64,000 nucleotides of DNA from an uncultured Acidimicrobiia bacterium (GCA_963708235.1 OY970200.1:395146-459145); one strand, 5' to 3'. Shown: positions 29,765-40,250, counted from the first letter of the stretch. The notes: generated from the letters alone by a model not told the origin. Translations and numbers: made by a program.

Positions 29765-31542
29765 TCAGCGTCTCCGGACGGACTCGTCGTCGACGACGGC
29801 GGCGGAGCCGCCTCCGCGGCGCACCGGTTCGGCGGCAGCCTCGAACCGACCGTTGCCGAGCATCTCGATCCCGGTCATGGCGCCGAGCTCGCCGGTGGAG
29901 GTCACGCTGTGGCCGAGCGCCTGCAGCGCCGGACCGAAGGCGGTGATCCACGCCGCTTCACCCTGGATGGCAGCCGTGTTGCGCTGGCTGCTGCGTGGAG
30001 CGGCCACGGCATCACCCAGCGTCATGCCACCGTCGATGCGGTTCATCAGCACCGCGATCACCGAGGTGATGATGGTGGCTCCTCCCGGGGTGCCGACGGC
30101 CAGCCAGGGCTCGCCGTCGTCGAGCACGATGGTGGGGCTCATCGAGCTGCGGGGGCGCTTGCCCGGCGCCGGCAGGTTCGGACCGTTGCCGGTGGCGTCG
30201 AAGTCGGTCAGCTCGTTGTTGAGCAGGAAGCCCCATCCCGGGACCGTGATCCCGGATCCGCCGGTTGCCTCGATGGTGAGCGTGTACGACACCACGTTGC
30301 CCCACCGGTCGGCCGTCGTCAGGTGGGTGGTCGACCCGCCGAGCGCCTCCACCGCACCTGCGGCGGGGACACACGCCGGATTGCCCCCGTCATAGGGACA
30401 TGGGTTCCCGGGCGCCGTCGGCTTCGCCATCGCCGTGGTCGCACTGATCAGGGCGGCGCGCACGGCGGCGAACGCCTGCGAGAGCAGACCGGTGATCGGG
30501 ACGTAGACGAACCCGGGCCGGTTGTCGCCGATGTAGGCGCCGCGGTCGGCGTAGGCCAGGGCGGTGGCCTCGGACAGGTAGTGCCAGCGGTTGGCCGGGG
30601 TCATGGCCGGGAGGTCGAACTCCTCCATGATGTTGAGCGACTCCCCGACGGTGATCCCGCCCGACGAGGGCGGGCCCATCCCGTAGATGTCGTACCCGCG
30701 GTAGGTCTGGTGGGTCGGTGCCGGTTCGAGCACCTCGTAGGCGGCGAGGTCGTCGAGGGTCATGTAGCCGGGGATGTACGGGGTGGCGCCGGGTGCGGTC
30801 TCGGCGCCCTGGACGGTGGCGATGAGGTCTTCGGCGAGCGGTCCCTCGAACAGACCGGCGTTGCCCCTCAACCCAAGATAGCGGTAGGTGTTCGCAAGAT
30901 CGGGATTGCGCACCACCGAACCCACAGCCGGTGCGTTGTTGTCGACGAGGAACGTGGCCGCCGTCGCCGGGAACCGGCGGAACAGCGCCAGGTTGCCCGC
31001 CGTCTGGCTGGCATACGTCGAGTCGACGACAAATCCGTTCTCGGCGATCTGCATCCCGGGTCGCAGCGCCTGGCGCAGGGTGATCGTCCCGTGGTCCTCG
31101 AGCGCCTTCACCCAGGTGGCGAGGGTTCCGGGGACGCCGATGGCGTGGCCGCTGCTGCGCCTCTGGTTTGCCGGGATCGGCAGGAAGACATCGCGGTCGT
31201 AGCGGGGATCGAGCGGGGCTGCCTCGCGACCGTCGAGGGTGACCACCTCATCCTCGTCGGCGAGGTAGATGACCATGAAGCCACCGCCCCCGATGCCGGC
31301 GGAATACGGTTCGGTGACGCCCAAGACGGCGGCCGTGGCGACCGCGGCGTCGATGGCGTTGCCGCCCTGTCTCGCACGCGGATCCCGGCCTCGGTTGCCA
31401 GCGGATCGACGCTGGACACCGCACCTCCGCCCCCGATGGCGACGGGCTTTCGCGGCAGGTCTTGCGGTGATGCCGCCACCGGAGTGGCGGCGGTGAATGC
31501 CATCATGGCGACAGTGAATAGCGCGACAAGTGTTCGGCGCAT
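29765..31542 (-). pseudogene. ggt: Gamma-glutamyltranspeptidase with a 1-nt frameshift (deletion) after codon ~55
   Basis: N-terminal signal peptide plus EAGIRV in one frame (31542 to ~31385). The canonical GGT sequence RQGGNAIDAAVATAAVLGVTEP..TTHLTTADRWGNVVS continues in the -1 frame. Observed GTGCGAGACAGGGC versus expected GTGCTGAGACAGGGC (V-L-R-Q-G). Confidence 0.7.
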
Positions 31543-31631
31543 GGTTCCTCTCCCTCTCTCGGACCCACTCTGGAACCTAGCGAAACACATCCGGCGCTGT
31601 CGATCGGGTCCGGACCCCCGGTGCCGCCAGG

Positions 31632-33110
31632 TCAGGCGGTGTTGCCATCGGTGCGCTCGCCACGGGCCCACGCTGTGGCATCGAGGATGGTGGCGACCGA
31701 CCGGTCGATCGAGATCAGCACCACATCGTCGGCTTCGATCTTGGTGCCACCGGTGGGGACGATCACCCGACTCCCGCGGATGATCGATGCCACCAGCATG
31801 CCGCGGCCGACGGGGGCGTCGCGGAGTCGCTTTCCGACGATGGGCAGCTCGGGTCGGACCTGGATCTCGGCGAGGTCGATCCCGACCTCGTCGAGCGGTA
31901 GCGCCTCGGCGATGGTGTCCCACGCCGGTCGGGTGGTCTCCAGCCCGAGACGGCGCGCCAGCGGGGCCACGGTGGTGGCCTGCAACAGCGTGGAGGTGAG
32001 TACCACGAAGAACACCACGTTGAAGATGGTGGAGCCGTTGGCGACTCCGGCCGAGGCCGGGAACGTGGCGAGAACGATGGGGACGGCGCCTCGTAGCCCG
32101 GCCCACGACAGGATGACCTGCTCACGCCACGGCAGCCGGAACGGGAGCATGCAGATCACGACGGCGAGGGGGCGGGCGACGAAGAGGAGGATGGCGGTGA
32201 CGGCGAGGGCGGGGAGCATCACCGGGGGCAACTCGGTGGGGAACACCAGGATCCCGAGAAGCAGGAAGAGCCCCAGATCGGCGCCGTTGGCGAGGCTGGT
32301 GTGGAACGTGACGACGATCCGACGACGCCGCCGCGCCAACGCCCCGATGATCAGACCGGCGACGTAGACCGCCAGAAATCCCGACGCCGAGAACCATGCT
32401 GCCACCCCGTAGGAGAGGGCGGCGATCCCGAGGGCGAGCAGCGGGTAGAGACCCTCGGACCGCAGACGGGTGCGAAGCAGCCACACCCCGGCAAGACCCA
32501 GCAGCGCACCGACGATGACGCCGCCGAGGAGCTGTAACGATCCGAACCTCACCCAGTCCCACAACGTCGGGGAACCCTGGAAGGTCTCGATCAGCCCGAT
32601 GGTCAGGACGATCGTGAACGGGTCGTTGGCGCCCGACTCGACTTCGAGGATGTTGGCGAGCCGGCGCGGGAGCGGCGCCCTCCGCAGCAGGTCGAACACC
32701 ACGGCGGCGTCGGTCGAGGCGACCACGGCGCCGAGCAGCAGCGAGGTCTCCCACCCTGGTGAGAAGGTGAGCTCGACCCCCACCGCGGTGACGGCGCCGG
32801 TGATCACCACCCCGAGGTTGGAGAGGACAAATCCTGGTGCGCCGGCTTCCCGCAGCGCCGAGGGTTTGGTGGTGAGCCCACCCTCGAAGAGGATCACGAT
32901 CAGGGCGAGGACGCTCAGGTTGCGGACCAGGTCGGCGTCATCGAGATACACAAGCCCGAGGACGTCGCTTCCGACCAGCATCCCGAGTCCCAGCGCCAGC
33001 ATCGACGCCGGCACCTTGAGCCGGTCGGCCGAGCCCACCACCATGATCCCCACTACGAGCAGCGTCGAAGCGAGCAGGATGACGGGGTCGATGGCGAGTC
33101 CGAACGTCAT
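31632..33110 (-). CDS. Na+(K+)/H+ antiporter, CPA1 (NhaP-type) with C-terminal TrkA-C/RCK domain
   Basis: ~12 TM helices followed by a soluble C-terminal domain. Start at the internal Met (MTFGLAIDPVILL) with ATG 33110. Confidence 0.75.
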   Translation of the reverse strand: MTFGLAIDPVILLASTLLVVGIMVVGSADRLKVPASMLALGLGMLVGSDVLGLVYLDDADLVRNLSVLALIVILFEGGLTTKPSALREAGAPGFVLSNLGVVITGAVTAVGVELTFSPGWETSLLLGAVVASTDAAVVFDLLRRAPLPRRLANILEVESGANDPFTIVLTIGLIETFQGSPTLWDWVRFGSLQLLGGVIVGALLGLAGVWLLRTRLRSEGLYPLLALGIAALSYGVAAWFSASGFLAVYVAGLIIGALARRRRRIVVTFHTSLANGADLGLFLLLGILVFPTELPPVMLPALAVTAILLFVARPLAVVICMLPFRLPWREQVILSWAGLRGAVPIVLATFPASAGVANGSTIFNVVFFVVLTSTLLQATTVAPLARRLGLETTRPAWDTIAEALPLDEVGIDLAEIQVRPELPIVGKRLRDAPVGRGMLVASIIRGSRVIVPTGGTKIEADDVVLISIDRSVATILDATAWARGERTDGNTA

Positions 33111-33331
33111 GCGGTCCAGGTGCTCCTCAGGGGACGGCGACGAGGTGTCGTTCCGATGGGCGGTTGTCCCATTGTCGCAGCCTCGGGAGGGGCGCCATCG
33201 CACCGCCCCCGCGGGGAGGGCACGTCAGCGTTGCCGGAGGTGCCTACCGGGCCGTTTCGAGGAGCCCGCGGGCGGGGGGGCGGACCGCAGATCCCTGCTC
33301 CACGGTCATCGCGATGGAGAGGTCTCCGCCG

Positions 33332-33562
33332 TCACTCCTTGGGGTGCCAGCGGTCGTCGTCACCCTTCTCGTACTTCTCCTTGACGGCCGACCAGGCAAC
33401 CCGGTGGGATCGGCTCTCGTCCTGGTCGTACTGATCCCATGCGCTGTTGAACGCTTCCTTGTAGATCTCCTGCCCGTGCTTCGGGACGTTGTCCCTGACT
33501 CCCGGAGGCAGGTCGTCGATCGAGTCGTACGGCACGCCGGGCTCCCTTCGGTGGTGTTCCAT
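33332..33562 (-). CDS. chaB: ChaB-family cation transport regulator-like protein (76 aa)
   Basis: QEIYKEAFNSAWDQY..HRVAWSAVKEKYEKGDDDRWHPK closely matches E. coli ChaB. Embedded antisense in a long spurious 900-aa ORF. Confidence 0.7.
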   Translation of the reverse strand: MEHHRREPGVPYDSIDDLPPGVRDNVPKHGQEIYKEAFNSAWDQYDQDESRSHRVAWSAVKEKYEKGDDDRWHPKE

Positions 33563-33721
33563 CCTGCGCGGTGCCTGCCCGGCGGCGCCCGTGGTCAAAC
33601 ACCACACGACGGGGCGCTGCGACCCCGGCGATGGGTGAGGAGATCCATCGTCTCGGAGAAATAGATTGCATCCCCTCCCGCAGGGGAGCATGATGCCTGG
33701 CGATACCCGGGGAGGCGTGCG

Positions 33722-36112
33722 ATGGGGATCGGTGAGGTTCGAGAGATCCGTATTCACGGGGTGTCGGGAACCCCCGCCCGCTCGATCCTGCGCACCGAAC
33801 CGGTATCGCGAGACCTCGGCGGGGGCTACGAACCGGCGGACCGCATCGAGATCCTCGCCCGACCGACCGTCGACCCTCAGGTGCTGGGCAAGCCTCTGGA
33901 GACGATGGCCTACCGGTGGGGACGGCTGACCGCAGGCAGTCTGTTGCAGGCGTTCTGGATCCTCCTGCTCCCCTACACCCTGATCAATGCCGCAGGGTGG
34001 ATGCTTCCCAAGTTGAACCAGAGCTGGTCCCGCACGCTCACCGCACTGGTGCGGCTGGCCGGCCTCGCCGTCACCGCCACCTTCGTGCTGCTCGCCGCCA
34101 ACGTTTCGATGGACCTCATGGCCTTCAAATGCCATCAGGCGGAGGCGCAGTGCGTGTCGTGGCTGGGCTGGCCGGACCTGTTCCGCATCAGGCTCGTGAT
34201 CGGTGCGCTGGTGCCGGTGGCCGTGGTGGGCTTGATCTACTGGGTGATCGCCAGGGATCCGAAAACGACGAGAACCCTCGATGCGATGGAAGGTGTCGAC
34301 GCCGATCCTGCACCGGTGGCGCCCGATGACCCGGCTCAGATGCTCACCCTCACCGATCCGGAGCTGTGGGCGCGTCATGCCATCGAGAAACATCTCGGGC
34401 TGCTCCACATGGCGGTGGGGGTTGCTGCGGTTGCTGCGGTGTTGGCGCTGGCCAAGGGTGTCTTCGCCCAGAGCACGACGCCGGAGTCGGTGTTCAGCCC
34501 GTGGGGCTTCATCGGTCTGGCGGTGGCGCCCCTTCTGGTTGGCGGTACCGGTATCGCTTCGGTGTTCAAGAACCACAAGTGGCGTTTCGGGGTGCTGGTG
34601 CGGATCTCGTTGGGGGTCGCCGTCGCCGGGTTCGTGGCGGTGGCGCTGTCGGTGGTGTTCGACGGGTCGCTGGACGATGCGGCCGGCGCATTCGTCGCCA
34701 CCCAGGGTCGGGCCCAGCTCCCCGGACTCCAGCAGGTGACCATCGTTGTGGCCGGTGCGCTCGGTGTGATCGGGGTGCTTCTCTACGTCTTCAGTGTGCG
34801 GAGCGGGAACGCCTCGGATGCCATCGGACCGGCGGCGATGCTGGTGCTGGCCGGGCTGATCAGCTCGGCGTTCGGTTCCGGGGTGATCCTCATCACCGAA
34901 TCGGCATTGGTTACCGGGGAGACGGATGGCACCGGGTTCCCAGGGATGGATTGGATCGCCGTCGGCTTCCTCGTCGTCCTGCTGGCGATCCTGGCGATGG
35001 CGAGCTTCATGGTGATGTGGTTCGCCTCCCGTGAATCCGACACGTTGCACGGCAGGCTGTTCACCGGGCTCAGCGAGGCCGCCCGTCGGGTCCGGACCGT
35101 GCTTCTCGTGGTCAGCCTGGTCGGACTGCTGGGAGGGATGTGGTTTCTCTTTGTGGTGCTGAGGGCTGGTTGGAACGAACCGATCGCTTCGCTGACCGGT
35201 CGACAGGAGTACACGGGGGCCCGGATCCTGGCTGCGTCCCTCGCCGTCCTCTCGGCGATCTTCATCTTCTGGTTCGTGCGGCAATTCGTACGTGGGTTGG
35301 CACGTGATGTCTTTGCGAGACCGTGGATGTGGTTCGTGGTGCCGGTGGCGGCAGTGATCGGTGTTGCGGTCCTCGTCTCGCTCATTGCCCGAGGGTTCGC
35401 CGTCCTCGGCGTGTCGCTGGAGTTCAACGGGCTCAGCGAGATCGCCACCTCGCTGGCGGTCCTTCTGCCGACCGGTCTCATCATCGGGCGGATGGTCACC
35501 GGGATCAGAAAGCCGGACTCGCAGCGGGCCGTCGGCGTGCTGTGGGACCTGGGGAGCTTCTGGCCACGCTGGTACCACCCGTTCTCGGCGCCGTACTACA
35601 CGCCGGTGGCCGTCCCCGATCTGCAGTCGCTGGTCGCCACCTCGCTCCGAAGCGGTACCGCCGACCCTGATCAGGGTGCCCGGTGTCTGGTGCTGGCGGC
35701 GCACAGCCAGGGCTCGATCATCGCCATGGCGGCCCTGCTGTCGCTGCAGACCTCCGCCTCGGCCGTGACTCCCGAGGAGATGCGACGGCTGGCGCTCCTC
35801 ACCTACGGCAGCCCCATCACCAAGCTCTACGCCACCATGTTCCCGGCGCACTTCAACGCCGATACGGTCGCCGCCCTTCGCGGCGAGCTCACCGACGCCA
35901 CGGCGGACACCCCGGTGGTGCGGTGGCGCAACCTGTTCCGGGTCACCGACCCCATCGGCGGGGCGGTGGAACCGGTCGGCGTGGCGGACCCGGTCGACCG
36001 CGGACCGCTTTCCGATCCGGACCGGGGTGGTCACTCCGGATACGAGGGGGAGCCGATCTATCGCCAGACGCTCGAGGAACTGGTGGAGATCGTCGTCGCC
36101 GGGTCGCCCTGA
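33722..36112 (+). CDS. Polytopic membrane protein with a C-terminal alpha/beta-hydrolase-like domain (AHSQGS nucleophile elbow)
   Basis: 796 aa, more than 10 predicted TM segments, then ..CLVLAAHSQGSIIAMAALLS... GGGGAGG SD before ATG 33722. Confidence 0.5.
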   Translation: MGIGEVREIRIHGVSGTPARSILRTEPVSRDLGGGYEPADRIEILARPTVDPQVLGKPLETMAYRWGRLTAGSLLQAFWILLLPYTLINAAGWMLPKLNQSWSRTLTALVRLAGLAVTATFVLLAANVSMDLMAFKCHQAEAQCVSWLGWPDLFRIRLVIGALVPVAVVGLIYWVIARDPKTTRTLDAMEGVDADPAPVAPDDPAQMLTLTDPELWARHAIEKHLGLLHMAVGVAAVAAVLALAKGVFAQSTTPESVFSPWGFIGLAVAPLLVGGTGIASVFKNHKWRFGVLVRISLGVAVAGFVAVALSVVFDGSLDDAAGAFVATQGRAQLPGLQQVTIVVAGALGVIGVLLYVFSVRSGNASDAIGPAAMLVLAGLISSAFGSGVILITESALVTGETDGTGFPGMDWIAVGFLVVLLAILAMASFMVMWFASRESDTLHGRLFTGLSEAARRVRTVLLVVSLVGLLGGMWFLFVVLRAGWNEPIASLTGRQEYTGARILAASLAVLSAIFIFWFVRQFVRGLARDVFARPWMWFVVPVAAVIGVAVLVSLIARGFAVLGVSLEFNGLSEIATSLAVLLPTGLIIGRMVTGIRKPDSQRAVGVLWDLGSFWPRWYHPFSAPYYTPVAVPDLQSLVATSLRSGTADPDQGARCLVLAAHSQGSIIAMAALLSLQTSASAVTPEEMRRLALLTYGSPITKLYATMFPAHFNADTVAALRGELTDATADTPVVRWRNLFRVTDPIGGAVEPVGVADPVDRGPLSDPDRGGHSGYEGEPIYRQTLEELVEIVVAGSP

Positions 36113-36130
36113 CCTGAACCGGGGCGACGT

Positions 36131-37873
36131 TCAGGCGGGGTCGGCCGCATCGGTATGGCGACGCCACAGCCCGGCATAGAGACCGTCGGCGGCGAGGAGC
36201 TCCTCGTGAGTGCCCTGCGCCACCACCTGTCCCCGGTCGAAGACCACGATCAGGTCGGCCCGGGTGACGGCCTCGAGCCGGTGGGCGACGAACAGCACGG
36301 TGTGGCGGGTGGCCACCACGGCAAGGGTCGCCAACACGGCCCGCTCGGACTCGGGGTCGAGCTCGGAGGTGGCCTCGTCGAGGATCAGGATGGCCCCCGG
36401 TCGCAGCAGCGCACGGGCGATGGCGAGCCGCTGACGTTGGCCGCCGCTCATGGTGTCCCCGAGTTCCCCGACATGGGTTTCGAGGTTCCGATCGAGCCCG
36501 CGCACCCAGTCGGCGAGCGCCACCCGCTCCAGCACCGCCCACAGGCGACGCTCGGTGGCGCCCGGGTCGGCGAGCCTGAGGTTGTCGGCGATGGTCCCGT
36601 GGAACAACTCGGGTTGCTGGGGGACGACGGCGACGTGGGAGCGCAGGGCCGAGGTGGGGATGGTGCGGAGATCGGCGCCCCCGATCGTGACCTCACCTGA
36701 CTGGGGCAATCGGAAACGCAACACCACGTCGACCAGGGTCGACTTTCCCGAACCCGACGGCCCCACCAGGGCGATCAGCCCACGCTCGGGTAGATCGAGC
36801 GTGACGTGATCGAGGGCGGGCGCCGCTTCCGGGGAGTGTCGCACGGTGACGGCACGAAGGCTCACCGCTCCACCCCGCGGCGTCGGGCCACCACTTCCCG
36901 GTTCGGGGATGGGCGGTGTCCGGTCGGCCAGCTCGAAGATCCGTCGACCGGCGGCGAGCGACTGTTCCAGATCGGCGGCGATCTCCTCGACGGCGCGGGC
37001 GGGGACCGCCACCACCCAGGCGGCGACGAGCGCCATGGCCAGCCCGTCGAGGGAAAGGGCAGCGGACTCCATCTGACCCGCACCCACCACGGCGACGGCG
37101 ACGACGGCGCCTGCAGCGACCAGATCGACGAGACCGGTGCGGAATGCGGCGATACGGGCAAGCTGGCTGCGCAGTGTGGCGACGGGTTCCTCGACCCGGT
37201 CGAGCCGGGCGACGACACGGTCGGCGGCGTCGAAGGCAACGATCTCCCGGATCCCCTGCCCGGCGTCGGTGAGGGTGGCGGCAGCCGCTCCGGATGCAAC
37301 TCGTAGCTGCGGGGCGAGTTCGCTGACCCGCCGGCGCCGCAGCCAAGGCACCGCGACCACGAGTGCCAGGAACGGCACCAGGGTCCCCGCCAGTGCCCAG
37401 TTGGTGACGAGACCCAGTCCGATCACGGTGAGGGTGGGAACGATGACCGCCCCGGCGAGGGGGGCGATGGTGTGGGCGAAGAAGGGCTCGATCCGGTCGA
37501 CGTCCCCGATGACCCGGCTGACCAGGTCGCCGGATCGGTCGTCCTCGAGCCCGGTCGGCGCCAGCGGTTCCAACGCCCGGTACGTGTCCGCCCGCAGCGT
37601 CGAGAGCAGCTGGAAGGCGACGGCGTGCCCGGTGAACTGCTCCAGATAGCGGAACAGACCCTTGATCAGGGCGAGACCGGTGAGCACCAGCACCAGCGAC
37701 AACGGCTCCGGTCCGCTCCCCATCCCGATACGCACCACCGACCCGGCGGCGATCACGGGGATGGCCACCCCGAGACCCTGGTTGACGATCCGACACAGGG
37801 TCGACCCCACGACCAGTCCCCGCATCGGCCGGAGCATGGCGAGAAGCCGGCGTCGGACCTGGGCCGGGGTCAT
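36131..37873 (-). CDS. ABC exporter, fused permease-ATPase (CydC-like thiol reductant exporter subunit)
   Basis: 6-TM domain plus NBD (GPSGSGKST, LSGGQRQRLAIARAL, ILILDEATS). Confidence 0.7.
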   Translation of the reverse strand: MTPAQVRRRLLAMLRPMRGLVVGSTLCRIVNQGLGVAIPVIAAGSVVRIGMGSGPEPLSLVLVLTGLALIKGLFRYLEQFTGHAVAFQLLSTLRADTYRALEPLAPTGLEDDRSGDLVSRVIGDVDRIEPFFAHTIAPLAGAVIVPTLTVIGLGLVTNWALAGTLVPFLALVVAVPWLRRRRVSELAPQLRVASGAAAATLTDAGQGIREIVAFDAADRVVARLDRVEEPVATLRSQLARIAAFRTGLVDLVAAGAVVAVAVVGAGQMESAALSLDGLAMALVAAWVVAVPARAVEEIAADLEQSLAAGRRIFELADRTPPIPEPGSGGPTPRGGAVSLRAVTVRHSPEAAPALDHVTLDLPERGLIALVGPSGSGKSTLVDVVLRFRLPQSGEVTIGGADLRTIPTSALRSHVAVVPQQPELFHGTIADNLRLADPGATERRLWAVLERVALADWVRGLDRNLETHVGELGDTMSGGQRQRLAIARALLRPGAILILDEATSELDPESERAVLATLAVVATRHTVLFVAHRLEAVTRADLIVVFDRGQVVAQGTHEELLAADGLYAGLWRRHTDAADPA

Positions 37874-39735
37874 GTGGTCTCCTCGGAGCCGTCATCACCG
37901 GTCACCGGGTCCTCGGGGGCGAAATGGAGCTGTTCCGGCAGTTCGTCGTCACGGTCCGGATCGATCTCGGCGGCGGGTTCAGAGACCGGTGCCGTCGGGG
38001 GCTCGATCGGTGGCCAGCGAGTTGCCGTGGGATCGAGATCGTCCTGATGGTCGGGAGCTGCGGCCGGTTGGTGGAGCAGCGTCGCCGCATCAGCCCCGGC
38101 GCCGGTGTCGACGATCCGACCCTGGTCGAGCCGGAGGAACCGGTCCGAGCCGGCAATGGTGGAGAGCCGGTGGGCGATGATCAGCACGGTGCGACCAGAC
38201 GTCAGTCGGGAGACGGCGGTCTTGATCCGAGCCTCGGTCTCGAGGTCGACATTGGAGGTCGGTTCGTCGAGCACCACGATCGGAGCGTCGACCAACAGGG
38301 CTCGGGCGATGGCCAACCGCTGCGCCTCGCCGCCGCTCAACGCCACCCCGCGCTCGCCGAGCTCGGTGTCGAGACCACCTCGGGATCGCATCAGATCGGC
38401 GAGTTCGGCGTCCTCGAGAGCCGACCAGAGTTCGGCCTCGGAAGCCCCGGGGTCGGCGAGACGAAGGTTGTCGGCAACGCTACCGTCGAACAGGTACGGC
38501 CGCTGTGGGACGAGCGCCACCCGACCGTTGACGTGGACCGAGCCGCTGCGGGGACGGTGCAGACCGGCGATGATCGAGGCCACCGTGGTCTTCCCCGAGC
38601 CGGATGGTCCGACGAGGGCGATGCGCTCGCCGGGTTCGATCCGCAGCGAAACCCCACGCAGGATGTCCGGACCCTCCCCGTAGGCGAATCTCACCGAGTC
38701 GAGTGCGACCAGACCGTCGGCGGCGCCGGTCCCGAGGTCACCACGGGTCGGCCGGGCGGCATCGGGGGCGGTGGCGAACAGCTTGCGGAGCTGGGTCGCC
38801 GCGGCGCGACCGATGGCTCCGACATAGAAGAATCGACCGATCTGCGAAAGCGGCTCGATCAGCATCACGCCGAGCAACACCAGCGTCACCGCCTCGCCGA
38901 TGGTGACGGCGTTGTTGGTCAGCCGCCACGCCGCCATCCCCGATGCCGCCACGACGGTGCCGATGGTGAACAGCGAATCGACGGCGAACAGGGCGAGCTG
39001 GTTGACCCGCAGCAGCCGCATCGTTTCGACCCGGAGCCGTTCCGACTCCCCGGCGATGGCATCGCCGTATGCCCGGGCGCGGTCCATGGATTTGAGCGCC
39101 CGCAGCCCCTGGACCCCGTCGAGGAACTGGGCGGCGAGGGTGTCGGCGGTCTGCCGGTATCGGGTGGTGACCGATGCGAACCGACCTTCCAGCCCGCGCA
39201 GCAGACCTGGCATGACCGGCAGGACGAGCACCAACACCACGGCGGTGGGGATGTCGATGGTCGCCACGACCATCGCCAGTAGCAGCGGGGTCGCCATCCC
39301 GCCGATGAGCTGGGGAAGGAACCGTCCGGCGTAGTCGCCCACGGCGTTGACCCCCTCGGTCGCCTGGGTGACGATGGCGCCGGTCCTCCGGTCGGCATCG
39401 GTGGGCCCGATCCGGACCATGGCATCGAGGGTGCGTCGCCTCAGGTCCCGTTCGACGGTGGAGGCGGTGGCCGATGCGAGCAGCGGGATGGCGGGAGCGA
39501 GCAGGGTCCGAACCCCCAGGAAGACGATCAGCCAGGTGATGGCCGGCCCCGATGGTCGCTGCGTCGAGAGATCATCGACGAGCCGGCCGAGGGCGACCAC
39601 CGCTCCCGCCGACATGAGGGCGCGACCCAGCCCCACCAGCACGGTCGCTCGGATGGTGCGGCGTGCGGCCACCACGATCGAAGGCGGTTTCTTCGGTTCC
39701 GGGAGGATGTCGGGTGAGATGGGAGCGCTGGCCAT
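37870..39735 (-). CDS. ABC exporter, fused permease-ATPase (CydD-like partner) with an acidic C-terminal tail
   Basis: Start ATG 39735 (MASAPISPDIL). The track ORF continues upstream through the 26/27-bp tandem array (RGENDQKRA... translations), which is not coding. NBD motifs GPSGSGKTT, LSGGEAQRLAIARAL. Confidence 0.7.
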   Translation of the reverse strand: MASAPISPDILPEPKKPPSIVVAARRTIRATVLVGLGRALMSAGAVVALGRLVDDLSTQRPSGPAITWLIVFLGVRTLLAPAIPLLASATASTVERDLRRRTLDAMVRIGPTDADRRTGAIVTQATEGVNAVGDYAGRFLPQLIGGMATPLLLAMVVATIDIPTAVVLVLVLPVMPGLLRGLEGRFASVTTRYRQTADTLAAQFLDGVQGLRALKSMDRARAYGDAIAGESERLRVETMRLLRVNQLALFAVDSLFTIGTVVAASGMAAWRLTNNAVTIGEAVTLVLLGVMLIEPLSQIGRFFYVGAIGRAAATQLRKLFATAPDAARPTRGDLGTGAADGLVALDSVRFAYGEGPDILRGVSLRIEPGERIALVGPSGSGKTTVASIIAGLHRPRSGSVHVNGRVALVPQRPYLFDGSVADNLRLADPGASEAELWSALEDAELADLMRSRGGLDTELGERGVALSGGEAQRLAIARALLVDAPIVVLDEPTSNVDLETEARIKTAVSRLTSGRTVLIIAHRLSTIAGSDRFLRLDQGRIVDTGAGADAATLLHQPAAAPDHQDDLDPTATRWPPIEPPTAPVSEPAAEIDPDRDDELPEQLHFAPEDPVTGDDGSEETT

Positions 39736-39770
39736 GTGTCGGACCCCGAGAGTACCCCGCCTGGGAAACT

Positions 39771-40250
39771 GCCCGGTAGGCCCCCTTCTGGTCGTTCTCT
39801 CCTCGGGCCCGCTTCTGGTCGTTCTCTCCTCGGCCCCCTTCTGGTCGTTCTCTCCTCGGGCCCGCTTCTGGTCGTTCTCTCCTCGGGCCCCCTTCTGGTC
39901 GTTCTCTCCTCGGGCCCGCTTCTGGTCGTTCTCTCCTCGGGCCCGCTTCTGGTCGTTCTCTCCTCGGGCCCCTTCTGGTCGTTCTCTCCTCGGGCCCGCT
40001 TCTGGTCGTTCTCTCCTCGGGCCCGCTTCTGGTCGTTCTCTCCTCGGGCCCCTTCTGGTCGTTCTCTCCTCGGGCCCGCTTCTGGTCGTTCTCTCCTCGG
40101 GCCCGCTTCTGGTCGTTCTCTCCTCGGGCCCCTTCTGGTCGTTCTCTCCTCGGGCCCGCTTCTGGTCGTTCTCTCCTCGGGCCCGCTTCTGGTCGTTCTC
40201 TCCTCGGGCCCGCTTCTGGTCGTTCTCTCCTCGGGCCCCTTCTGGCCCTC
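39771..40250. repeat. Tandem array, ~18 copies of a 27-bp unit GGGCCCGCTTCTGGTCGTTCTCTCCTC with 26-bp variants
   Basis: Read directly. Mixed 26- and 27-bp units break any reading frame. No unique spacers. The last unit grades into the dispersed repeat X hairpin. Confidence 0.85.

Noticed and set aside
33332-36034. 900-aa minus-strand ORF
   Set aside because: His/Arg/Pro-rich translation antisense to the real plus-strand membrane protein. Only its last 76 codons (ChaB, 33332..33562) are genuine.
39771-40250. Possible CRISPR array
   Set aside because: Units are directly adjacent with no unique spacers and mixed 26/27-bp lengths. It is a tandem minisatellite, not repeat-spacer architecture, and no cas genes are nearby.
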